Below, in pieces: positions 9,247-21,200 of a DNA stretch of 64,000 bases. A model generated the notes under the pieces. It did no database searches. It was given only the letters and a program-made list of their open reading frames with translations, and was not told the DNA's origin. A program made the position numbers and the translations under genes. Location: positions 1 to 64,000 of the IMG/VR virus record IMGVR_UViG_3300031784_000013. One strand, given 5' to 3'. How positions within the stretch are numbered: the stretch's first letter is position 1; each line of letters starts with the position of its first letter. Origin of the DNA: a virus.

Positions 9247-12200
9247 TAGCAGATTGATTTCAAAATTTTACCTATTTCCTCTGGAGTGTATCCAATTACT
9301 TCCAGCATTCTTGAATTGATTTTTGAATATGGATAAGTTTTTCCATTTTTCAATTTCATTTCTCCTTCTTTAGAAGCTTGTGTTTTTGCCTTTGCAGCTG
9401 TCGCATCTTTACCAGTGAAGAGATTTACAATTACAGAATCTTCTCTTGGAGCTGATGTTTTAACTCTTTCACCATTCACTACACTGTTACTATTCACAAC
9501 CTTAATGAATCCATTATCAATCAATGAAGCCTTTTCAACATCATAGAATTCTTGAGCACGTTCTCTAGCACCCCATGCATTCACAGCCTGATAGATGTAG
9601 TACTCTTTGTTATTAGATAAATGAACAAATGCTTGACCATCAACATCCTTCACTCTTCTGAAAAATCCACGCTTGATGTAAGAGAAGTCACCCCTCTTTC
9701 TCATCTCAGCTTTCTTTTCTTTTGTAATATTGTCTTCCCACGAATATACAAAGAAATCACGATCAGAATTTCTTCCTAGAACGCTTCTTGACATTAATGG
9801 TGGGATATCACCATTTTTAATGGCATTCTTGATCTTTGGTTTAAAATATTCCATTGCTGGATTGTATTTTGGTTTCTTTGTTGGATGATTAAGATTAATC
9901 CATCTAGCTTTCTCATAAGGAACAATCTCGTCATTAGCCCAATTGTTTCTCTCAAATACATTCAAGGTAGCAAATGTTTCTAGATTAGGAAGTCCTTCAA
10001 GTTTTTGAATTGTATCGTTGTAGATGTTTTTAAAGTCTTCATGAGGAAGTAGGGATGTAAACGAAAGTCTATTTACAGAAAGTCCAGACTGGTACAATGC
10101 CAACATCTCAAACTTCTTGTACATGAACAATTGGTTAGTACCTTCCAGATATTCTTTTAACTCTCTGAAGCTGTATATAATACTGTTCTGATCATATATC
10201 TTATTAGTAGCTCCTTTTATCTTAATGTTGTTAGCACTATTAGGAGAAGCTTCTGGAGCAAGTTGTGGTACAATGGTATTGACGACATGGTTATTATACA
10301 TTGGATGCTTAGGATCTGCTTTGATTTCCCTAACCATTTTTACAATGTCATTAGCATATCCACCTTCAGATATCATTGTGTTAAACACTTGGTTTCTAAA
10401 CATTGTATTTGTTTGCACAGCATAGTCAAATAAGTCTGCTACAGCTCTCTGTGCCACCTTTACAAAGTCACGATCAGAAAGATTTACATAAGGCTTAATA
10501 ACTTTCTCAATTACATTTCTCACCTTGCTTCTATCAGATGCTAAGATTTCAGCAACAGCATCTCTTGTTTCATTTAATGTTTCAGCAGTTGTACCAATAA
10601 ATGAGTTGTCCAATATCTCATCAACAGAGCTAATGATAGTTTGTCTAGCCTTTACTAGCTGCTCATGTTTCTTATATAGAAGGTACGGATCGTTAAAATT
10701 AGATGTATCATAGTTAGTTCCCTGTGTAACAAGGAACATGTGCTCTGCCATCTTAGCATACTTCAAGAACTCACCAAGAATAAATTGTTGATCAGTTTTT
10801 TGATCTGCTGAAAGCTCAGATGCTTTTTTTCCAACCATGTCTTTTAGAGACTTAGTGTTTGGAATCTTATTTCTAGAAGATGCATCTTTTCCTGATTCGT
10901 AATCTTGACTTACAAGATCTACGAAGTCATCTATGAACAACCAAGAGTATCCTGCATTCTCAACAGTTCTTAGATAATCACGAACGATTGGTTGATTCAT
11001 GAAGTATGTAATGGTGTCAATAGGCACGCCTATCTTAGCTAGGAACAACCACGTAGATGCTACGTTTGGTGTAGCACCAAGCTGCATGATCCAAGGACCG
11101 TTAGAGATATCTACATACCCATCAATAAATTGACCAATGATATCTGAGATGAATTGTCCATTTGGATACTTCTCACTTCTCTCAGCGTTCTTAATCATTG
11201 ACATGGTAGCCTTACCATCAAACTGATTGAATTCTTGGAACTTCACCTTAGCATCTCCAAGCCATTTTCTATCTACAGGAGAGACATTATCCAACCTAGC
11301 AGGATCTACAAAAGATGCAAATCTCTGCATCAATGAGTGGTTTGTCTGGTTAACAGCTGCAATACCAATTGCATACTTACCAGTTACAAACGCATGACGT
11401 AGTGATGACATGAAGTTTCTATCCAACATGTTACCTACGTTTTTATAATCATATGACTGACCAACAGTTTTCTTAGCAATGATATCTGCAAGATCTTTCA
11501 ATTGCTGTGCTGAGTTAGGAGTCATCAACTTATCATAGTTCTCGTCACTCTTTATCAAGTTCTCAGAAGATTCAATGTAAGCGTTCTCAAGAGATGACTT
11601 GTACAATCTATTTGCATGTTCTTCGATAAACAAGTCATCCAAATCTTTTGTAGTGAGTTCATTTATATTCTTGTTGAGTTCTTCAATTCTATTAATGAAA
11701 ACTTGTTCAATTAATTGGACAGGGAGTTTACCATCAACAAGATCGTTAGCAAACCATTGTCTGAATATAGGAATCCATTTCTTTGCAAGTTTATCTGAAC
11801 TTAGACCTAAAGCAATATCTCCAAATATTCTTTGAGCCTGACCTTGCTTAAGAACCTTTTCTTCTTTTATTGCAATTTTTTCTTCAGTTATTTCTCTTGA
11901 TAGAGCCTTGAACTTGTCAATAGCTTGTTGACCATATCCTTCGAATGGAACAAGTTTGATATTACCTTTTGCATCTTTATAAACGTTCTTCAAATACATT
12001 GAAAGTTTATCGATGTCAAAGTCAGATCCAACTTTGGCTACAAGTGCAGAAGGAATAACTACAGAGTCACGGAATTCTTTTGGTAAGAACTTAGCAATTT
12101 TGATTGCATCAATTGAGTTTTGGTTCTGCGTAGGAATACGGAATGCAACACCAAATAGAGCAGCTATTTGTTTCTTACCTTCAGGATCATTGTTAAAATA

Positions 12201-15200
12201 GTCCATTAATTCCTCATCAGAAAGAGGGCTATCAAACCATCTACCAATCATCACCTCAGCAACACGTTCTCCATCCTTTTCATAGAAATTCAATGTGTCA
12301 GAAACAAATCCTTTCTTACCATTGATTTCTTGCACTCCAATCTTGTTTGATTCCAATAGTGTAGAAGGAATTTGAACCTTCATACCACCAGATATCTTTG
12401 GAGAAACAACTTCACTATCAACAATAGAATAAAGAATGTTTCTCACTTGCTGATATGCAGGAGTTGCTTCAAGAATAGTCTCACCCTTAAGGAATGAGTT
12501 AAGTGATTCAATGACATTATCATTCACCTCTCTCTTAAGCATTTCATCTCTTAGAGTGGTGGCTGCAACAGAGAAGTCAGTTATCTTATATCCGTCATCA
12601 ACTCTCTCAATACCCAATCTTCTTAGCAAGCTTTCATAACCAAACTTGGTCATCTCTTGCAATAATTCTTTGTTGTTCTTTATTTCTTTGTAGAGCTTAG
12701 ATTGTTCTTTTCCTGCTTCATCAAGAGCATTCCAAGCCTTATATCTGTCGTTGAAGTTTTTTTCATTAGGCATAAAGTCAACAGGAACGCCAGCAGCCAT
12801 AAAGTCCATAGTCAAAAGCTTTGTCATTTGAGAACCTCTAGTAACAAGAGCTTTATCCTTAGAAGGAACTTCTGCTTGGATAGCCATGATTTTGAAAGGA
12901 ATGTTTATAACATTTCTATCATCTCCTTCAACCAAGTAAGGAGCATCATTAAATGATCCATCAGCATTATATGTAGAGTGTGGATTTCTTGCTCCAACTT
13001 TTCTACCACTATTAAATACAATGTAGTCAATGTCCTCTCTCTGCATCTTATCATAAAGCTTCATTGCATTAGATGTTGGATTAATCTTATGCATTATTCT
13101 AAATGAAAGAGGATAGAGTGCAAATTTATCAAGAACCACTTCATTATATCCTTGATCATTATCTGTAGTTCCAGCAACAATTGGTTTTACAGGAGTGTAT
13201 GCACTCTGTACACCAGGATTGTTTTTCTCAAACTCGTTAATAGTTTCTTGGTCTGCTCCAGACTTAACAAGTTCCTCATATGCAACATCATGTCTATATT
13301 GAAGTTCATCATTATCTGTCCACTGACCTGCTCTAAATCTCAAGTTTCTATTAGCCTTCATAGAAATGATGCCTGAACCATCTGTTTCTTTAAATTCATC
13401 GTAGTCTTGTCCAGGAACATCTACAACACCTATTACATCAGCATGTGTAACTGTTCTGAAATAGTTTCTATTTAAGTCTGTATATCCAGCATCTCCTTTT
13501 TCAAATCCTGCATTTAATACATTATGCATTGCTGCATTTATGTTAAATCCAACAGTTAAACTGTCTGGGTCAGACATAATAGCTTGTCTTGGAGAACTAA
13601 AGCTTTTGATACGCTTAAGTTCATCCTTATATTGATATGGATCAGAATACATGAGTTTGTGCAACTCGATGTTAGCAATCATGTAGTTTACAGTGAGTGC
13701 TCTCAAGTTGTTATTCAACGTCTGCTCGTTCATTGATTTACTCAATGTGTACATCTCACCTTCCTCAGAAGTTTTTACATTTCTTAATGAATATGATGCA
13801 CCATCGTATTCAAGAATGTTGTAGGTAGATAGCGTAGATCTGAATGAATCTGTTCTAGACTCAACATACTTCTTAACAGCAGTTTCAATTCTTCCCGCAA
13901 ACTTTTTGTACACAGCTTCAGCATCAGTTTCTTTAAATGCTATGATTTCATCGTTCAATTCTTTTCCAAGAATATCATAGAAGAATCTAAGATTGTTTTT
14001 CTCAGATGCTCTAGATGGATCAACAAATCTGTCTGGAGACTTAGCAAGTTCGTATTCAGACTTGAAATATTCTTTAAATATCTCCATCACCTTTCCGTAA
14101 CCCATGCTCATGTTTTTAGATGATACATGGTTGCCCATCTTAACCATCCATTCAATAGAAGCATCTCCAGGAACAAGGTTCAAGTAGAATCCCTCTAGGT
14201 TTAGATTGATTTCTTGTACAATGCGTTGTACATAGTTTAGTTTAGCAGAAGGTTTTTGTTTTCCAGTGGTGTCATCCTTAGTTCCTCCAACATACCCTAC
14301 TGTAAGTAAATCAAAGTTTGGATTATCTTCTTTAACTTTTCTACCTCCTTTTGAAAACAGCTTGTTCAATATCACAGAACCTTTTGCAAATGGGTCCATA
14401 ACAAGATACTTGTAATGACTTTCTTTTACAGAGTTATCATTAAGATTTTCAGTCTTTGCTATAAAGTCTTGAAGATCACTCAATGGGTTTACACCAATGC
14501 GTGACTGGGTACGTTCATTAGAAATGTTGAAATACGTAATGTCAATCTCTGGATTAGAGGCTTTAACTTTTAACAAAGCAAGTTTTGTAAGTCTTCCTTG
14601 AACACTAATGGTCTTCTTGGAAAGAGTCATCAACACTTTTTTCTGAACAAAGCTATCTCTTATACCTTTTACAATCTCTCTAAATTTAATCTTATCATCA
14701 GGCTCAAGTTTTTTAAAATCTTCCTTAGTAAACTCAACACCAATATCACCTAAGAATTTCAACATTGCATTATCATTATCAGCAATGTTTGAAGAGTCAA
14801 ATTTTAATTTATTAATAGAATCTTTTGCAACATAGGCTAGTTGCTCTTTACTATATTCAAGATATCCTTTACCATCTCTAGCAGACATGATAATACCATT
14901 CTCAAAGTCATTAGCAATCTGTGAAGATGCTTTTGCCAAGTTTGCATCACCTACAACAACATCACCATTTTCAAGAATGAACACATTCTTAACTTCAGGA
15001 TTTTGTTTCTTGAATGTGCTAAAGAAAGAAGAAAGTAATTGCAGACTGTGTGGAGTGGTTAGTTTTTTAAATTCAAAATTACCTTCATCCCACTCTTTTT
15101 TAGCAATTCTTTTATAAAGTCTAGCATAGTTAGAATCTTCTTCAGCAAGTTTTTTGAGATTTTCCATCATCTCATTTACATCTCTAGATGCATATAACTT

Positions 15201-18200
15201 ATTCAACACTGTTACAAATGTCTGACCAAGTGGTAACAATTCGTTTCCACCAACAGATGTAACTACTGTTTCATAACTACCATCAGGATTTTTTCTTCCT
15301 GTTGTTCTAGGTAGGGTGGCAAGAAGAAGTTTGATAGCTGGATTCGCTTTTCTAAATGCATCAATCTTTGTAGCATCTTGATTAATCTCTCTAGTCTTAT
15401 CTTCATCATTAAGTATGATCTGATCATTCTCATCAAACTCAATTTGATACTGCTTCATGTACTCTTCGTACTTATTGAAGATATCATCCCACTCATTTAT
15501 AACCTTGTCACGTGTTTGTATTAAAGACTTATTGAGTGCTACAAACTCAGCATTTGATATTTTACCTTCTTTCCAATTATCTTTATTTGCAGAAATTAAT
15601 TCTGTAATAATTCCAGACTTTACAAAAACACCATCATCATCTATCTCTCCTATAATTTCTTCAAATAGAATATCACTCAACTCTGATCTATTGAGATTTG
15701 TAACATTGAACAAACTTTGATCAGTGGTGCCAAGAAGAGACAAAGTCTTATAAGCCATTTGTTGAATTATATCATGCTGCTCCTTGTATGGAACTGTGAT
15801 GGCTCTAAGCTCATCTTCCTCTGTAGCAAATGCATCTTCTATATCAACTATTTGGGAAGGAACATCTTGCAGAACTCCCATAGAAGGAATAGACTTAGCG
15901 TAATAACCATTACCTATTTTCTTGAATAGCTCTTCTGTATTGATGTTTGCATCCTTACCTGTAAAGAACTTCTTGATGATGTTTACAATATCAGAGAATA
16001 ATTTAACTATAAAAGGTCTTCCATCTTTTGGTTTTGCAGGAACCTTCTTGAATAATACATACTCTCTAAACTCTTCAGCAAGTTGTTCTTTGATTTGCTG
16101 AGGGGTGGCTTCTGAATACTTTACTGTCTCACCTGTAGGTCTATCAATAAAGCTTCCAGTTCTAGACTTGAATTCATTAATAACAGATTGTTGTTCTGCT
16201 GGATCAGCAAACATCTTCCATACAGCTTCGAACACCTCATGATAGAATGTTCCCACCTCTGCATTTTCATACACATAGATAGCACCATTCTTTAACATAC
16301 CCCAAGCCTGTACACCATTAGTGGCTTGGATAATATTCTTTAGTCTATACACTGGAACACCAGGAATAGCTTTCTTCCAGAAGGCTTCTATTTCATTCCA
16401 GTCTTCAGTCATGTTAGACTTAGCCTGGTTCTCAACTGCCTTTCTAAACTCTGCTCTATTACTTCTCTTAGTAGACTTAGTTGTTCTATCAATTTCTTCA
16501 GATAGTTTATTAGCCTCATCTTCAATATTATCTGCTGCTGGTTGTTTTTCAAACAAGCGAGATTTAGTTTTCTCAGCCTTAGATGGTTCTTTAGATTCTT
16601 CAGTAGCAGGTGCAGCAGGAGTGAGTGGTTTTTTTCCAAATAGTTTTGCTCTAGTCTCTGCTGCTCTTGAACTTTTTGGAGATTGTTCTGATTCAATTGC
16701 TCTTTTAACAATTTTCAAAACCATTTCCTTTATAGCAACCTTTGGATCTTCACCTCTAGATTCAAAATCTTTCATTACAGATTCCAAATCATTAGACTTG
16801 AATATTTTTATATTCTCTAATGTTGGATTTTCAGAAGGTGCTGCAAACACAATAACTTTTCCTGTCTTTTTAGATCTTAATTCATTTGGTGTTTCGCCAT
16901 CAAGAATAAAGTCAACTTCAGCCTCAGCTTCAGCAGGGGCAGCAGTTGGAGCAGGTGTAAGTTTAGTTTCCTTCTTGCTTTCAGGAATAATATAATCATC
17001 CACTGTATCAGTGGTGTAGAAGTAGATTCCAGATCTGTTTACATCATTTGGTCCCTCTAGTGGACGCATGTATGTAGAAAGAGGAAGTTGTTCTCCTGAT
17101 CTTTTCTTTCCATCAGGAGTGGTTGTAGAAAGTAAGTAGGACTGATAGGTAGGCCACATTACAGATTCAATAGTTCCATCTTCAGAGATGTTAGTAATCT
17201 GTTCGTATTCTTGTAGCTCTCTAGCAAACTTACCATTCACATTGTGATACATTCCTGATAACACAGCAATGATACTGTCCTTGTTTTGTAAAAGACCTGA
17301 TGGTGTAAATGGGAAAGACTCACCTCTTCCAGACATGAATAGTTTACCATCCTTGAAGAATACACTGCTATATCCTGGAGGTTTTAAACCAGCCTCATTG
17401 GATGGTATGCCCCAATACACAACAGACTTCAAGTAAGATATTAGTCTCTTACTTTGATCATCGTTGACACCTTTTGTTTTATCAAATGCATTCTTTGAGA
17501 ATTGTAGAATAGCATTGAAAATAGTTTCAGCTTCTTTCTGAGTGTGTTGTCTATTGTTCAATGGAACAAGTCCATTACCCATGTCAAGAAACACTCTACC
17601 TGGGGAAGACTTAGTTACACTTATGCCTCTAATGATAGATTCATCACTTGTTGCAACAGTGATTATTGGAGAGTTGTCAATATCATACTCTGTGACAAGT
17701 CCAGCTTCTTCAACACCTGTTCTGGTGTCATATAACTTCTTACCTTCTGTATCTTTATTAACTTCTGCTATACCAAATGATACATCAATAGAATGAACCT
17801 CAGAAAGGTCTTCTACTTTTAGAATTCTACTTCTCCATTCAGCATATTGTTTCGTAACTTCGCTTCTTACGTTCTCAGGAACATTGTTAGCAAACATTGA
17901 TTTATCACCATATTCTCCAGACCATTTAAGAGTCTCTAGTGGGAATACTTGGTAGATAGAGTTGTTAAGAGGATCTTGAAGTTGTTCTTCTGTAAGAGTT
18001 TCACCATTCTCACCAACCAATACAGGCTCACCAGTTGACATATCAACCATCACCATAGCAATGATTGTATTTGGATCAACTGTTTCATTAACACCGTTCT
18101 CGTCAGTTCTTAAGAAATCCATCAATCCAGGAATCAATTGATCCTGGTTCTTTGAAGTGATGTAGACACCTTTAATCTTTTTCTTTTTGTCATTATCAAA

Positions 18201-21200
18201 TGATTGGAAGTTCATTCCAAATCTTTGAGCACGTTTCTGATGAGGCTTTGCTCTATTAGTTGCAAGAGTGGCTCTAGGAAGAATGGCTACAGGCTTCTTA
18301 GCATCCACTTCAAACTCTCTGTCAAATACAGGAGCTGTTGGATTATCATTATCAGCTGTACCAAGAATTTGCTTTTTCAATGCATCACTCTTCGCTAACT
18401 TTTCTTGTTCACGAATATTAGCCTGCTGTTCTTTGTAGGCTTTCTTCATTTTTGCAATAAGCTCTTCTTTGAATCTTAGCTCATTCGCATCTGCTACAAG
18501 AGTTTCTTTTAGAGATTTTACTTCATCTAAAACTTTATTCAACTTCTCTTCATTCGCAGCAATTTCCATATCCTCAGTCTCAGCGATAAAGCTGTCAAGC
18601 TCACGCAAGTCTGAAACATAGTTTGGCTTCACCTTTAAGAAGTTAGGGTTTAACTTTAAAAATTCGTTAAACTCTGCTCCTAGGATTCTTGGAACCTTTG
18701 GATAGTTTATCTCAAACTGATCAATTAAGCTTCTTAAGAAGTCTATAGTTGAATCAATAGCAGCTTCAATCTGATCAGCAAGTCTTGTTAATGAATTGAT
18801 TTGTTTACCAGTTTCCTCTATTGATTCTTTTAGAAGTTCTGTTTCAAACTCCAACTGATCAATAATAGATTTCTCATTACCAGAAAGTTCTGTAATATTC
18901 TGAAGAGCATCTTGCAAATAAGCAAGCATCGCTTCACCCTCTTCTCTCTGAGCTTCTAGATCAGAAACTTCTTGTAACAAATCTTCTTTAGCTCTTGACA
19001 AACGCATAGCTGCATCAAGAGCCTTTCTTACAGAAGACTTTAGTCTTACAGTCTTTTTAACTCTAGCATCTACACCACCCTTCTCAATAACTTTATTAAG
19101 CTTCTCGAGTTCTTCTTCAATGGTTAAGATGTCAGCTTTCTTCTGCTTAATTGTTTTCTCTAGTTCAGCTTGCTTCTCAACAACTTCATTATTAAAGTCG
19201 TTGATGAGTTGTGAATACATTTCAGAAGGAGGTTGAGTTGCAGCAGCCTCTTTTGATTTTTGAATATCAGCTTGCTCTTCAGTAGTAAGTTTTCTACCAA
19301 GAGAGAACATTGCTTTGTCAAAACCTGGCTTAGCCTCAAAAGACTTTAGATCAATTGGCATTGATTTTGTAACTCTTTTACCCTTCTTACTCTTAGTAAC
19401 ATAAGTGAACATGAGTTTATTAGTGTCACTATCAAACTCAAGTCTACCTTTTTTAATACCACCTTTATCTTTACCCATGTTCCATTCTACAATGGTGTTA
19501 GCATTCTTCATGTAGAATGCTGCTTCAGGGTTGTTAGCAATGTTAGAAACTTTTCCAAGTCTATAATCTTGCAAAACTTCAGGGTTGATATCTCTTTCTC
19601 CTTTGTTATCTCTTATTCGAATTGTACCATCTGCATTTTGACCAACAATTGTCAGTTTTGGAAAACGATAAATTTCTTTTCCATCCGCATCGTATTCAAC
19701 AACTCTTCCAAGAAAGTATTCTTCTCCCACCTCATAAGTCTTCTCACCAGCTTTGGTTTTGATTCTAATTCTTTGACCAAGCTTCTCTTCAGGAATTACA
19801 GTGTCAGGCTTCTTCTCTGCTGGAGTGAAGTTAGATGGGTTTTCTTTTATTTCTTTATACTCATCGATAAACTTCTTTCTCTTCATACCCATCTCAACAA
19901 GTTCGAATAGGTCTTGAGTCAGTTCATCTTCATTCACTGATCCCTTTGATGTAATCTCCGTAAGTGCTTTTTCAACAGCCTCATTCGTAGGTGTGCCATT
20001 TAACAATACATCATTAAACAAATCAGCGGTGTTTACACCAGCAGTTATAAGCTTATTGTTTAGACTAGGTATTCTAATGTCGTAATCAAATATCTTAGAA
20101 GCAGCATAAGTAAGTTTATCAATAACAGGATCACTATATACACGTTCACCTTTCTCATCAACAATACCCTTATACTTTAAACTAATATCTTGATAAGCTT
20201 TATCAATATATTTTGATTGGTTTTCAATATTATTTAATCTATTTAAGAAGGATTCTTTTGTATCAGTTTCGTATGCATATCCTTCTTGTTGCAATTGCAA
20301 GAATCCCTCTGGTGTAGTAGTTAATGCTCTAAGTTCTTCGAGTTCTTGATTTATAAATTCTGTAGAAGTATATTTTGCACGATTCAACACTGTACCAAAA
20401 AGAAAATCAAACTCAAGATCTTTTGCTGCTGATACATCACCCTCTGCAATCTTTTGAGCTCTCTCTTGTTGGATTTTTTCAGAAGCGTTTATAACTTTTG
20501 CTGAATCTTTAAGCTTGTCTTTAATTAGAGAATTATTGAATATGCCAATAGCCTCATCTCTAATTGTTTTTTGTTGTCCCCCATCTCCAAACAACCCTCT
20601 TTCTTTGATAGCACCAGTCATACCAAATGTTGGTATACCAGATGTCATTATAGCACCAGATACACCACCAATAAAAAAGTTAAGAAGTCCCTCATCACTA
20701 GTGAATGCTTCTTTTGCACCATTGAAGAACAAGTCATCTAAAATAGAAGCTTCACCTGTCTCATCAAGTTTTGAGAAATAGTTTTCAGTTCCCACTTGAG
20801 CAGCATACTGAGATGCTTCTTCAAGAGCTTCAGTAGTATTAAACAGTAATCCTCCAAAGCTTCTTGCTTTGTATAAGCTTCTTGCAATTCCTTTTTGAGG
20901 AATAGATGAAACATACTTACCCTCTCTGAAAGCAATATTATTAACAATATTCTTTTCACCTTTGAAAGTAGAAGAAAATATCTTAGGAAGCTGTACAAAG
21001 TTAGAAGCTGAGAGCAAACCAATGTTTAATCCGTACACTGTCTTACCAGCACTCTCAGCAAGATTATTAATATTGGCTAGATCATCTCCTTGTGGAGTGT
21101 ATCCTTTTTCAGCAATATATTTATCAATCAAAGATTGTCTGAACTCCTGAGAAGCATTTAGGGCTTCTATACCAGCTTCACCAGCAGCACCAAATGTTGC

